A stretch of 44,041 nt of DNA from Promethearchaeota archaeon (GTDB lineage: Archaea > Asgardarchaeota > Hermodarchaeia > Hermodarchaeales > Hermodarchaeaceae): the NCBI GenBank assembly GCA_048939245.1, contig JBHLPR010000014.1, positions 1 to 44,041 of the forward strand, read 5' to 3'. The position numbers and the translations under genes are program-made. How positions within the stretch are numbered: position 1 is the stretch's first letter; every line of letters begins with the position of its first letter. Of this stretch, positions 1 to 10,312 are shown piece after piece. The notes beneath the pieces are model-generated. The model was not told the origin of the DNA. It was given only the letters and a program-made list of their open reading frames with translations, and did not search any database.

Positions 1-388
1 TGAACTCATAGCCTTTGGGAAGGAATATGCCCAACAAGTTGTGAAGAATTCACAGAGACTAGCTGCGGAGTTGGTAGGGCAAAATATTCCTGTTATAGGA
101 GCTGATTGGGGATACACAGCATCGCATCAGGTACTATTACACACCCAAAACCTTGAACAGGGGCAGAAAATGTGTGCCCAACTTGAAGCAGCAGATATCA
201 TTGCGGACGCGGGCGTACGCTTAGGATCCCAGGAAGTGACTCGGCGAGGTATGCAAATCAACCAGATGGCAGATATTGCACAATTAATTGCCCAACGCCT
301 AAAGGGAGCCCCAGCCAAACAGGTCAAAAAGAAAGTGCACTCCTTGACTCATCAATTTCAAACTCCTGCATTTTGTTTTAGTAATTGA
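1..388 (+). CDS. glyA: Serine hydroxymethyltransferase, C-terminal part (runs off the window start)
   Basis: YTASHQVLL, LEAADII and GVRLGSQEVTRRGM match the SHMT C-terminal domain; the frame is open from the window edge. Confidence 0.85.
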   Translation, partial: ELIAFGKEYAQQVVKNSQRLAAELVGQNIPVIGADWGYTASHQVLLHTQNLEQGQKMCAQLEAADIIADAGVRLGSQEVTRRGMQINQMADIAQLIAQRLKGAPAKQVKKKVHSLTHQFQTPAFCFSN

Positions 389-511
389 CACCTGAAAACA
401 AGAGAGACAAGAGCATTTTGTGATACGCGACATTCTTATCTCCTTATGGATGACGCCACAAAGTTTTTTGCATATTTGAAGTGATAGTCTAGTATCGAAA
501 GGGGAATACTT

Positions 512-1591
512 ATGCCAGTTGATATGCCCGAGGACTCGTTTAACGTGTCTAAGAAGAAATGGAGATATCGGAAGCCTGGAGCAACATCTGATGAAGGAAG
601 TGTTGAAGTACCAAAAAAGATAGATACCAATTCTAGCGAAAAACTCGTTGAGGAGCTAGTTGCGGAATCAACACTTGAAGTAGATGAGGGAGGTGAGCTG
701 GAGCCAACGGAAGAAGATAATGAGATATCTTCTGAGGAAACCGAAGTCTCCGTCGAAGAAACCGTCATCGAAGATATAATCGATGAAACCAAGGAGAATA
801 CTGTGCAATCCCCTGAGGTTGAGAAAGTAAAAATGGAAGATCAGGTGACTTCGAAGCAGATTGAGGCCTTGCTCAGCGAAGTTGAAGAAATCAATACCAA
901 GAAAAACGCATTTGAGGAGCAAATAGCTACTCTGACAGATCAACTAGATCAAGCAAATACTGACAACGTTGAACTCGAAGAACAGATTGCAGGGCTACAA
1001 AGTGAATTAAAAATAATTACCGAGAGCGAGAAAGAAAAGACCAAGAAACTCAAAACGATTCAAGAAAATCTCTCTGAGGCGGAAGAACGAATCTCTCATC
1101 TCAAAGAAGAGCAGAAGACCATGGAAAAAACCGCAAAAGAAAGGGAAGAACACCTTTTAACTCAGCTAGAGGCATTGGCTGAACAAGTTGGTAAACTCCG
1201 TGAAGTTATTCGAAAACGTGATGATGAATTAGTTGCTTTACAGAAGGATATTCTTGTAAAGAAGGATTTAGCTCAAGGAGCACAGGAAGAAGCGTCCCAA
1301 CTCCGTACCGTGGGGATTATACAACGTGAGGCTGTTCAAGATACCACGGTGCTTCGACGACGGGTCAATGACTTAGAGGTGGAACTTGAACTACTGAAGA
1401 AAGCCCTTGAAAAAGATCCCAAATACCGGATTTACATGTTAGTGCGTGAAACGGGTCAACGCACACTCGAAGAACTTAGCAAAATTCTAGGCGTGGGAGT
1501 GTACGAGACCCGACGACGTGTACAAGAACTCGTCCGTGGAAAACTTCTTGAATTAAAAGGAGAGGTTGTTAAAATCTCTCGCCGAGCGTAG
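512..1591 (+). CDS. Acidic N-terminus, long coiled-coil and C-terminal winged-helix protein
   Basis: E/K/L/Q-rich heptad region; the C-terminus YRIYMLVRETGQRTLEELSKILGVGVYETRRRVQELVRGKLLE looks like a wHTH. Confidence 0.7.
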   Translation: MPVDMPEDSFNVSKKKWRYRKPGATSDEGSVEVPKKIDTNSSEKLVEELVAESTLEVDEGGELEPTEEDNEISSEETEVSVEETVIEDIIDETKENTVQSPEVEKVKMEDQVTSKQIEALLSEVEEINTKKNAFEEQIATLTDQLDQANTDNVELEEQIAGLQSELKIITESEKEKTKKLKTIQENLSEAEERISHLKEEQKTMEKTAKEREEHLLTQLEALAEQVGKLREVIRKRDDELVALQKDILVKKDLAQGAQEEASQLRTVGIIQREAVQDTTVLRRRVNDLEVELELLKKALEKDPKYRIYMLVRETGQRTLEELSKILGVGVYETRRRVQELVRGKLLELKGEVVKISRRA

Positions 1592-1683
1592 AGAAGTTCT
1601 ATGCGCTTTCAATCTTTTAATACCCCCAGTTACAAATATGTGATTTGCTCCTCCATCTGAGGTCGTGGAGGTTAACGAGTCAA

Positions 1684-2700
1684 ATGATTCAAGTATACTA
1701 TATCAAAAATGAGGAAGTTCACAAGCTAGCGAAGAACGAAGATTTCCAAAAAATCTGGCGTAAAACAGATTACATTTGGGTTTCTGCGGTCGATCCTGAT
1801 ATAGAGGGATATAGCCAGCTAGGCCTGTATTTATCTGTTGATTCAAAAAGTCTCTCCCGAGTTGTGGAACAGGCACATAGAGGCCGCTATCACCGATTCT
1901 ATGATTATTCAGCATTTCATATACCAACAATAGTGACACAACCAATTCAACACGCCGAACCCGTCTTGATACTATTAGGGGAAAACATGGTTGCCACTAT
2001 TGGGAAAATGATCCCAACAGAGGCAATTGGCGAAGTTGAGGAAACACTTCGAAACTTGATAACAGCGGGACAAGAAACAAATCCGTCGATTATCGCTGTT
2101 CGTTTCGTTCAGGAAATTATCGAACGGAACACACTCATCATTAATCAAATCGTCAATTCAACAAAAGACCTAGAATCAAAATACGCAGATATCAATATCA
2201 ATACCCTACTTTCTGAAATTCAGCGAATCCGAGGACTTCAAAACGAATTTTACCAACATTTGACCAGCCAACGTCATTTCATTGATATGATGCTCCAACA
2301 CGTCCCTCGACACCTTCAACTCACGGAAGAATTACGAGCTCTTCTCGATACTACCATCTCAGAATTAGAGCGACAGCAACAAACCCTCGAAATTAATGGC
2401 CGTAATCTAACCGATCTTGTCTCGTTACATTCAATTCTACTCGCCAACCGCTTAAACCGCGTTATTGTCATATTAACTGCAATCACTGTAACTGTAGCAG
2501 TTCCTTCTCTGGTTGCCAATATTCTTGGAATGTACAACGTCTTTTGGCCTTTTCCTCTGCTTCATCTCCCCAATGGAATTCCCGTTTATACTTGGCAAAT
2601 TCAACTATTGATTATTATCCCCGCAATAATTATCCCTATTTTTTGGGTGATAAGGAAAGGCTGGGTTCGTATTCCAGAACATACTAAAAGCAGTAAATAA
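1684..2700 (+). CDS. CorA-family divalent cation transporter
   Basis: N-terminal WV..VDP, long helical stalk, NRLNRVIVILTAIT, ILGMYN (GMN variant) and two C-terminal TM helices; ATG at 1684 preferred as start. Confidence 0.8.
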   Translation: MIQVYYIKNEEVHKLAKNEDFQKIWRKTDYIWVSAVDPDIEGYSQLGLYLSVDSKSLSRVVEQAHRGRYHRFYDYSAFHIPTIVTQPIQHAEPVLILLGENMVATIGKMIPTEAIGEVEETLRNLITAGQETNPSIIAVRFVQEIIERNTLIINQIVNSTKDLESKYADININTLLSEIQRIRGLQNEFYQHLTSQRHFIDMMLQHVPRHLQLTEELRALLDTTISELERQQQTLEINGRNLTDLVSLHSILLANRLNRVIVILTAITVTVAVPSLVANILGMYNVFWPFPLLHLPNGIPVYTWQIQLLIIIPAIIIPIFWVIRKGWVRIPEHTKSSK

Positions 2701-2752
2701 ACGAATATGCTTACCTTACAGCCAGCCTTTCAAAATACAGGATGGACTATTC

Positions 2753-3667
2753 ATGGCTAAGTCGAACAAATTCGTATCGTTACATCAACTAGTTCGAGAC
2801 CATATCTTTCAAGGAAACCAAATCTATCTAGAAGGATTGTTGGTGAACCGATTACCTATGGCCGCAGTGCACGAGATTATTCGCGCTGAACTCACTGATC
2901 TTCGCATCGTTAGTGCACCAAATAGTGTAGCAGTTGATCAGCTGATTGGAGCGGGCGTGGTTTTGGAGCTTGAATTCTATTTTTTGGGTTTTATGACTGC
3001 GAATGGCTTTGCAACGATGCGTCGGTTCCGTGAAGCTGTTGAAACGGGAAAGCTCAAGGTCAAAGAGAGCATGGGATACGCGATTTGTATGGCTCTACGT
3101 GCAGGAGCATTTGGTATCCCCTTTATGCCCCTACCGGATTTTAGAGGATCAGACCTGGTGACAATTCGAGAAGATTATCGAATAATGCAATCCCCATACG
3201 ATGAACGAGATTCGGTCATAACAGTTCCAGCATTGTGTCCGGATGTATTGTTGCTCCACGCTCACGCCGCTGATTCTAAAGGAAATGTGTATCTCGATGA
3301 GCCATGTACCAACTTCACCCGAACTACTGCGCAAGCCTGTAAAAGAGTCTTAGTGACCGTAGAAGAGCTTATTGAGCCGGATACATATAATCCAAGTCAA
3401 GTTACGATTCCTCATTTTCTCGTTGACGCGATCGCTATAGTTCCTCATGGTGCAGCTCCCACTGCGCTTAATCGTCGATATGAAATCGATATAGCCCACC
3501 TAAGTGTCTACCAAGAAAAGGCGCAGACGAAGAAAGGGTTTGAAGAATATTTGCACTACTATATCCAAACTTGCTTCGACCATTCGGCCTTTTTAGCAAA
3601 AACGGGATTGCCCCCTCCTTGGGGAACCACAAAAGCGAAGCAGAAGAAGCGGGAGGGATCGAACTGA
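2753..3667 (+). CDS. Family I CoA-transferase subunit A (glutaconate CoA-transferase-like)
   Basis: PMAAVHEIIR, DQLIGAG, LRAGAFGIPFMP, PDVLLLHAHAADSKGN, VTVEEL, PHGAAP. Confidence 0.85.
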   Translation: MAKSNKFVSLHQLVRDHIFQGNQIYLEGLLVNRLPMAAVHEIIRAELTDLRIVSAPNSVAVDQLIGAGVVLELEFYFLGFMTANGFATMRRFREAVETGKLKVKESMGYAICMALRAGAFGIPFMPLPDFRGSDLVTIREDYRIMQSPYDERDSVITVPALCPDVLLLHAHAADSKGNVYLDEPCTNFTRTTAQACKRVLVTVEELIEPDTYNPSQVTIPHFLVDAIAIVPHGAAPTALNRRYEIDIAHLSVYQEKAQTKKGFEEYLHYYIQTCFDHSAFLAKTGLPPPWGTTKAKQKKREGSN

Positions 3668-4452
3668 CCAGATTTGCACGAGATTATAGCTTTGACGAAT
3701 TGATCTTAACGACGTTAGCGCACCAATTACAGGATTGCGACCGAGTCTTTACTGGAGTAGCCAGTCCTGTGCAAATGATGGCAACATTGCTTGCTCAAGC
3801 GACGCATGCACCTAATCTACTTTATTTTACCATTCTAGGCACCATAAATCCCAAGCCTCAGACTCTTCCCTTTTCCACTGGTGATCCACATCTTTTTGAC
3901 AAATGTGAGACCGCCATTACCTTTCCAGAGATATTTGATTTGGCGAATAATGGCAGAATGGATGTGGCGTTTTTAGGTGGCGTACAAGTTGACCAGTTTG
4001 GCAGTTTGAACATGAGCATTATCGGGGAGGATTCCACGCGTCCGAAAGTTCGATTGCCTGGGGGAGCTGGTGGACCGTTAATGATTCGAAGCTTTCGCCG
4101 AATTGTTACCTGGCGGTCTAATCATAGTCAGCGTAACTTGGTAAAGCAGGTCCCATTTATCACAAGCCCGGGGTGGATTCCTGCGGCAAAAGGTCCGCGG
4201 CACGGGGGACCAGATGCAATTGTTACAGATCTATGTGTCTTCAAATTTACTCGAAGCACTAAAAAACTGAGTCTTGAATCAATACATCCTGGTGTCAAAT
4301 TAAAACAGATAAAGGAACAAACAGGATTTCAGTTTAAGGTGCCTAGAACGCTTAAAGAAACCGCACCTCCTTCTGAGGTTGAACTCGAAATTCTATCAAC
4401 CCAGATTGATCCCACAAATCATCGAAAATACTTAATCCAGCCTTTGCAATAG
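3571..4452 (+). CDS. Family I CoA-transferase subunit B (true start probably near 3660-3700)
   Basis: DVAFLGGVQVDQFGSLN, RLPGGAGG, VPFITSPG, IVTDLCVF, SIHPGV; directly follows subunit A. Confidence 0.85.
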   Translation: MLRPFGLFSKNGIAPSLGNHKSEAEEAGGIELTRFARDYSFDELILTTLAHQLQDCDRVFTGVASPVQMMATLLAQATHAPNLLYFTILGTINPKPQTLPFSTGDPHLFDKCETAITFPEIFDLANNGRMDVAFLGGVQVDQFGSLNMSIIGEDSTRPKVRLPGGAGGPLMIRSFRRIVTWRSNHSQRNLVKQVPFITSPGWIPAAKGPRHGGPDAIVTDLCVFKFTRSTKKLSLESIHPGVKLKQIKEQTGFQFKVPRTLKETAPPSEVELEILSTQIDPTNHRKYLIQPLQ

Positions 4453-4536
4453 ACTCCGAGAAAGCCAGAGGACACAAATGTTTATAAGTTATTCATCCAC
4501 TGTCGCGGAGCGAGCACGGGAAACGTAGCCTAGGTC

Positions 4537-5103
4537 ATGGTGAGTGTTGTGATTACTGATAAGCAATTTGATTATCTTAAACGGCTTATTCAGCGTCGAG
4601 GGTATGAAATTACCAAACGGGTGGAAGGAGAAAAAGAAGGGATTATTGACATTCACGCAAAATCCACAAAGAAAAAAATTAAAGATACGCTTTTGATTCG
4701 CGTTATTCTTGACACTCCTAGTGTCGGGGTTGAGATTTTAAGGAATACCATTAAAGAGCGGGATAAGGGCGAGTTCACCCACGCCATCATTATTGGCGGA
4801 GAACGTTACACCTATGCTGCCCGGCGTGAAGCCAAGGAAATGGATGTCGAACTCTTACATCGTCGCTTTCTCTCGATTGACCTCTTTTTACATGATTTGG
4901 TTCCTGAACATGATATCATTACCGATAAGGAGATCGCGGAAATTGAGCAAGAATACGGAATCGGTCGGGAACAATTACCAAAAATCAAAGCAGGAGATCC
5001 TGCGGCAAAAGCAATTGGTGCTCGACCTGGTGACGTAATTCGCATTGTACGTGGATCTGAAACTGCAGGGCGCCATGTTGTTTATCGATACTGCATTGCC
5101 TAA
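4537..5103 (+). CDS. rpoH: RNA polymerase subunit H/Rpo5 with an extra N-terminal Mrr-like (Rpb5 jaw-like) domain
   Basis: C-terminal HDLVPEHDII...QLPKIKAGDPAAKAIGARPGDVIRIVRGSETAGRHVVYR is canonical Rpo5; there is a ~110-aa N-terminal extension. Confidence 0.92.
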   Translation: MVSVVITDKQFDYLKRLIQRRGYEITKRVEGEKEGIIDIHAKSTKKKIKDTLLIRVILDTPSVGVEILRNTIKERDKGEFTHAIIIGGERYTYAARREAKEMDVELLHRRFLSIDLFLHDLVPEHDIITDKEIAEIEQEYGIGREQLPKIKAGDPAAKAIGARPGDVIRIVRGSETAGRHVVYRYCIA

Positions 5104-6119
5104 CTTTCAGTTGGCTTGTGCTTTCTGAAAAAATGAGCCAGTTCGGCAGTGGTTGGGAGAGCAGTCATCGCACCCATTTTCGTTATGACAGAAGACGCTA
5201 CTGCGGTTCCCTCTAATACTGCCTCTTCAAGAGAAAGACCACGAACAAGTCCCACAATGAAGCCAGCATCATACCCATCACCTGCGCCCGTTGTATCTAC
5301 CACATTCACTGTGAATGGCTGTTGATGAAATTGCCGAATGTCACTATTTTGTTCTTTTACTGACACCAAACTTCCCTCTGGCCCCATTTTCACACAAATG
5401 ATTGAGGGCCCATATTTATGGGCGAGGGCAATCGCCTCGTTGAGATCAGCGACTGCCATTAGTTCCAGTAGTTCTTCACGCGAAGGTAAGAAGATGTTAA
5501 CATATCCGAGGAGATTGTGGGCGACCTTGCGACATTCATCAATTCCATCAGCCCATAGATCTAACCGTAGGTTTGGATCAAAGGTGACCTTGGCCCCTTT
5601 TTGCCTAGCGAGCTTTGCAGCATGAATTGTGGCGTGCCGACTTGGTTCCCGAGTTAGACTTACACCCCCGACATGTAAAAACTCTAGCTGATTAAACCAT
5701 GCGTGTGGAAGCTCTGCTTTACTTAGAAGGAGATCAGCACAAGGATTACGGTAAAATAGAAAATCACGATCCCCCGATGCCGAACGACTTACGAAGGCTA
5801 GCGCAGTTGGTGCCTTGGATGTTTGGATGATGGCGCTTGTGTCTACATTATTTTGTTTTAGAACCGATATGAGGAAATTTCCAAAAGTGTCAGCGCCAAC
5901 TTTCCCAATAAAACCACTTGCCACACCCAATCGAGCAATGCCAACAGCCACATTTGCTGGAGCCCCACCAGGATATCTCCGAAATGATTTAGCAACATCT
6001 AAGGATCCGGTTTCCTCGGCGATGAAGTCAATAAGTAGTTCACCTAGACACGCAACTACTGGTGCTTCTCTCTTTGCATATGAAAAGTTCATCAAGAATT
6101 CATTTCTCGGTCTGAGCAT
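5100..6119 (-). CDS. PfkB-family carbohydrate kinase (fructokinase-like)
   Basis: GELLID, PGGAPANVA, FDPNLR, VDTTGAGDG. Confidence 0.92.
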   Translation of the reverse strand: MLRPRNEFLMNFSYAKREAPVVACLGELLIDFIAEETGSLDVAKSFRRYPGGAPANVAVGIARLGVASGFIGKVGADTFGNFLISVLKQNNVDTSAIIQTSKAPTALAFVSRSASGDRDFLFYRNPCADLLLSKAELPHAWFNQLEFLHVGGVSLTREPSRHATIHAAKLARQKGAKVTFDPNLRLDLWADGIDECRKVAHNLLGYVNIFLPSREELLELMAVADLNEAIALAHKYGPSIICVKMGPEGSLVSVKEQNSDIRQFHQQPFTVNVVDTTGAGDGYDAGFIVGLVRGLSLEEAVLEGTAVASSVITKMGAMTALPTTAELAHFFRKHKPTES

Positions 6120-6889
6120 TAAAATGTGAATGTTGAGGTGTCTTCGCCAACATGAATTTCTCCAGCGAAATATCTTGCCGCACCCGCAAAAAGATTATGC
6201 GCATTTCGAGAGCGAACTCGACTCGTATGAATTAGTATTAGCGTTTTAACGCCTGCCTTCGCTGCATCCATACCTGCCCCTTCTGGACTTGAATGTCCCT
6301 TCGCAGTTGCATAGTTGTGAACTGCCGTAGGAAAGGTGGTATCATGAAAAAAGGCTGTTGCGCCTTTCGCAAGGGCTAATACAGGTTTACAATTTGGCGC
6401 TGTATCAGGCACAATAACGACCTTGGTGTCGCCCTGGATAATGCCATATCCGGCTGCCATGGTTGTATGGCAAGCAGCTGCAGCCCACATTTCGGTCTTA
6501 GACTTCGATAATGTCATTAGATATGTGGGCTTGCTGGGAGTGAAGCTTTCGAAATTAATAAAGTCAGGGATACCCCGCGGATTATAGAATCGGATATACC
6601 CGGTGATATGATAAAATGCGTTGATAGGACAGAATATCGTTAGAGGTTTCTTGCGTTTGTTCAGTTTCATTCGCCTTATTAGTGCCCCAAGAAACATGAT
6701 GTGGTCTGGGTGACGATGGGTGATGAAGATATGGCTTACAGAAAGAATGTCTTGTCGTCGACCTAGAAGCCTCCGAGTCCCGGCGTCGATGAGGATTCGT
6801 TCACCACGTCCTAGGTTAACGAGAAAGCTTGACCAGCTTCCTTTGATAGTTGGGATAAATGAGGAGCTGCCTAATACTTCAATTTCCAT
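6119..6889 (-). CDS. RNase Z-like metallo-beta-lactamase-fold hydrolase
   Basis: LIDAG, FITHRHPDH, PDTAP, HDTTF, GHSS, LILIH. Confidence 0.75.
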   Translation of the reverse strand: MEIEVLGSSSFIPTIKGSWSSFLVNLGRGERILIDAGTRRLLGRRQDILSVSHIFITHRHPDHIMFLGALIRRMKLNKRKKPLTIFCPINAFYHITGYIRFYNPRGIPDFINFESFTPSKPTYLMTLSKSKTEMWAAAACHTTMAAGYGIIQGDTKVVIVPDTAPNCKPVLALAKGATAFFHDTTFPTAVHNYATAKGHSSPEGAGMDAAKAGVKTLILIHTSRVRSRNAHNLFAGAARYFAGEIHVGEDTSTFTF

Positions 6890-6977
6890 TTAGAAATGTC
6901 ACTTCCATCGTTCCCGAATAAATACATCTTGTGTGAGATTTGGTGATTCTTATTCTAAAAGCTTCAGGAGTTACAGT

Positions 6978-7586
6978 TTAGGTGTTTGATGAGGTATCGT
7001 TTATTTTTTCAGGAGGTTTCTCTTGAGGTAACGGAACTGATTCAGCGACCTCGATGCGAAAAATCGAATAGAGAAGGACAGCAAAAAGCCACTGTTGCTT
7101 ATCTCTGATTTCGCATTCGATTTGGAGCCGCAAAGGTGGGGGTTTTTCTTTAAGTCGTAAACGTGCAACTGTAGCATTTGGGGTTCGTAGGAGAATGATT
7201 TCTGGACTTATTGGTAAAAAGTGCCCGATAGTTTTTCGTTGTTGATTACGGAGAAAAACAACAGGCGAGGTGCTAGTTGAGCGAATTGATAATTGCTCTT
7301 GATTTTTTTCAACCAAAGAATAGCGCGTAATATCTTCGATCCTTGTGGATTTGATTTTCAGAACCTCATCTTTTTGGGATTTGAGAGAACGAAGCTTGAA
7401 GAAAGGGGGAACTGTGGGATGTCTAATGATTTGGTAGAGAGAGGGACCTCCCTCTTCTTGAATCGTTAACTTCCATCCGTGAGGGTGTAAAGAGGGGGTT
7501 AGAAAGTAGCGCTGAGTCCGTGATGAGCCCTGAAGATCTGGGTGACTTTTCACGGATTTTTCAGATCGTGCCATACAAGTTACCAC
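6978..7586 (-). CDS. Hypothetical protein, possibly LURP-one/Tubby-C-like beta-barrel
   Basis: Repeated short beta-strand pattern plus a C-terminal hydrophobic helix; fold assignment is tentative. Confidence 0.45.
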   Translation of the reverse strand: MVTCMARSEKSVKSHPDLQGSSRTQRYFLTPSLHPHGWKLTIQEEGGPSLYQIIRHPTVPPFFKLRSLKSQKDEVLKIKSTRIEDITRYSLVEKNQEQLSIRSTSTSPVVFLRNQQRKTIGHFLPISPEIILLRTPNATVARLRLKEKPPPLRLQIECEIRDKQQWLFAVLLYSIFRIEVAESVPLPQEKPPEKINDTSSNT

Positions 7587-7596
7587 AAAGGATTAG

Positions 7597-9207
7597 CTAT
7601 GGTAGGGGTGGAGTAATTGTTTCTCCACGTGGATATTCCACTTGGAAAGAGTAGATGATTTTGGTTTCCCCTTCTTTGGGAACTTCTATTTCCCAGGTTA
7701 GGATTCCGAGTTCATCTTTAGTTGGTTGAGGAGAAAATTTACGGTCGTCAATCTTAATAATCTCGGAATCGCTATGGGGAATGCGATCCATTATTTTTAC
7801 TGCACTCAGTTTATTCCGGAAATTCTTGATTATCAATTCATAGGCGTAGTCTCTGGCGACGTTCCCTTTGAGCAGTCCCTTCTTTTCTGTGCTTTTCGCC
7901 ACTAGCTTCTTTTCAACTTTCAGATCGTAGGAGAAACGCATACCCACATCAACTTTCTCGTTAGGCGCGACGAGACTCAGATGAGTTTCACCAAGATATT
8001 CATCTTGGAAGTAGATTCGTGCTTTACCAGGAAGCAAGACGCGATCACCGTTTTCAATGGTGGTTACTTCGATTGCTTCGGCATAGTCTACGGCATTCCA
8101 GAAGAATTTCCTATCAGCTTCTAGTCTGATTTGACTTGTTGGAAAAGCATGGGGTTCACCATCGGCGACTACTTTGACAGGATCTGGAAGAACAAAAACG
8201 TAGACTCCGCCTACTTCCATAGCAGTCGCTGTAATCGGTGGCGGAGCCATATCCGGAAGTGGTTCTTCTGGCATCACCGCGAATTCCTCGGCTTCAGCTT
8301 CGTCAAATGCAGCTCCTGAAGCCACAGCCGGTGCCATCTTAGCGGATTTTGCTAATTCTCTTCGTGCCCTCCGGGGGGGAGGAGGTCGATAGATTGACAC
8401 AAAGTAGGGTGATGGTTCTGTTATTGATGCTGTCCGCCGAGATGCCGTGGACACTGTGAGATTCACTTTGTCCCAATCTTCTTGGGTATTATTTTGGACT
8501 ACGGTGAACATAGTGACATCGGTTGATTCCTCTGAGAGGACAAAATCGTAAGTAGGTTCCCAGTATGCATTGTTTACGAAGTAGGAGATGTTAAACTCAC
8601 ATTTTCCCAGTTTATGGGCTTCAACATTCACGAAAATACTGTTGGTGATTTCGTATTGGTTAACTTCGCTTCGGAACTTTTCGATTTCCCGGTTAAGAAT
8701 TGCGATTTCTTTTTGCACCTTTTCACGGTCTTCGTGTAATTTGATTTGGTGTTTGTGAAGATTATCAAGCTGGGTTGTAACTAAAGTCTCTAGTGAGCTT
8801 AATTGCTCAACATCACTTTCTCCTGCAGGAATCCACCGGGAAAATTCTCCTGCGGAATTATCGAGAACCTGGGTATAGAAATTCATTCGCCGGGTTAGGC
8901 GTTCGAGTTCACTTTGGATTTGGGTAAGCTGCTTTTGTAGATTTTCACGTTTTTTAATGAGTGTATCAAGTTTTGAGTAGCCGCTGACTTCAACTGTTGT
9001 ATCTACTGTGTCGAAGCTGACAATTGTAGCATGACCACGACCTGAAACACGGACACTTTCCTTATCTAAATAGCGAGTGAGATTAGAGATTTCGAGTTTG
9101 TGAGTGCCGGGTTTTAATTCGATAGTCCCTGCACGTTCAATTTTGGCACCGTTGCGGTAAATTGTGACAGCCTTTATTTTAGTATCAAGTTTAGGGGATT
9201 TTGCCAT
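7597..9207 (-). CDS. DUF4139/DUF4140 (MuiA-like) protein
   Basis: IKAVTIYRNGA, ESVRVSG, coiled-coil, ISYFVNNAYWEPTYD, QNNTQEDW, LLPGKARIY. Confidence 0.85.
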   Translation of the reverse strand: MAKSPKLDTKIKAVTIYRNGAKIERAGTIELKPGTHKLEISNLTRYLDKESVRVSGRGHATIVSFDTVDTTVEVSGYSKLDTLIKKRENLQKQLTQIQSELERLTRRMNFYTQVLDNSAGEFSRWIPAGESDVEQLSSLETLVTTQLDNLHKHQIKLHEDREKVQKEIAILNREIEKFRSEVNQYEITNSIFVNVEAHKLGKCEFNISYFVNNAYWEPTYDFVLSEESTDVTMFTVVQNNTQEDWDKVNLTVSTASRRTASITEPSPYFVSIYRPPPPRRARRELAKSAKMAPAVASGAAFDEAEAEEFAVMPEEPLPDMAPPPITATAMEVGGVYVFVLPDPVKVVADGEPHAFPTSQIRLEADRKFFWNAVDYAEAIEVTTIENGDRVLLPGKARIYFQDEYLGETHLSLVAPNEKVDVGMRFSYDLKVEKKLVAKSTEKKGLLKGNVARDYAYELIIKNFRNKLSAVKIMDRIPHSDSEIIKIDDRKFSPQPTKDELGILTWEIEVPKEGETKIIYSFQVEYPRGETITPPLP

Positions 9208-9466
9208 TTCCGTTAACCTCGATATCAAGAATAGTGAAACTGTCTTCAGGCTAGGAATTTACAGGTAAAAACCTTCTGGGTCGTTTGTGGAAATTTAAGT
9301 ACATCAGCGTTAATTGTATAGTCAGTTCAATGCGGCGACATGTATCGGCGAAAAGCACTCGGACAGTTTTGCCAGCCAGTCGCCAGAACAACCTTTAGAA
9401 GCTTGAGTGATGGATGTGTAACATCTCTCAGCGGGATGAAGGAAAGGGGTGGTTGATGTTCGTTTT

Positions 9467-10297
9467 TCATGCCTTTTCATTCATTTCATTTGTTAGCAGG
9501 CATGTTTTAAGCGGTCCATAATTTTCAGTGAGTGGAATCTCTGTTCTGGGAAGCAGGCGTAAAAGACTATACCCCATAGTAACTGAAAATAACGTGCCCA
9601 ACGCGACTTTCATCGGAGTGATGATACCTGCAGTTAGCCATATCCAGTAAAGGGCTTCAGGGGTCAATCCATAAAATAGCCAATAGGTTTGTCCAGGAAC
9701 CAGAAGAAAGATTCGGAAGAGAACATCTGCTTCCAGCCCAATTATCGCCGCAAAGAGCAATAGAAGCCAAAGATCTGTCCACGGAGTAGTAGGCCACCAA
9801 TTACGAGTAATCAGGATAGAAAAGAGGACAACGAGAACATACGCGAGAAGAATATCCCAGATTCCGATGAGGGGTAATGTCCAAGATACGGGATATAGAA
9901 AATAGCCTAAAAGTAGTATTGTGTAAATGAGGAGAACAGGTTTCCAACGCCGTTGAAAAATAAGTGCAGCACAGGCTGTTCCCAATACGGCGCCTAGGAG
10001 AAAAAGTAGCTCGAAGGGATCACGGAAATAAATGATATGCCCGAGGAAACTTCCTAGCCCTACAGCAATTAAGCCATATAGTGGACCAAGGAGCACCCCA
10101 ATTAATGGAGCAAGAAGGAATATCCATGAATCCCAGATACCACCGTAGAAGCCTGGAATCATTGGGATGAGATCAAAAACCGTTACCAATGCAATGAAAA
10201 CTGCCAGATAAGCGACAATTCGGCTGCGGTTCTTCCCTATTGCGAGCACCATATCGTCTAACTTCCCTGAGCAGTAAAATTTAATCTCATGCCTCAT
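9467..10297 (-). CDS. Membrane protein, ECF transporter S-component-like
   Basis: Multiple TM helices; AVFIAL and LAPLIGVLLGPLYG patterns. Confidence 0.6.
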   Translation of the reverse strand: MRHEIKFYCSGKLDDMVLAIGKNRSRIVAYLAVFIALVTVFDLIPMIPGFYGGIWDSWIFLLAPLIGVLLGPLYGLIAVGLGSFLGHIIYFRDPFELLFLLGAVLGTACAALIFQRRWKPVLLIYTILLLGYFLYPVSWTLPLIGIWDILLAYVLVVLFSILITRNWWPTTPWTDLWLLLLFAAIIGLEADVLFRIFLLVPGQTYWLFYGLTPEALYWIWLTAGIITPMKVALGTLFSVTMGYSLLRLLPRTEIPLTENYGPLKTCLLTNEMNEKA

Positions 10298-10312
10298 TCA
10301 ATCAAGCAGTTC

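Noticed and set aside
436-792. Ser-rich minus-strand ORF
   Set aside because: Antisense shadow of the Glu-rich region of 512-1591
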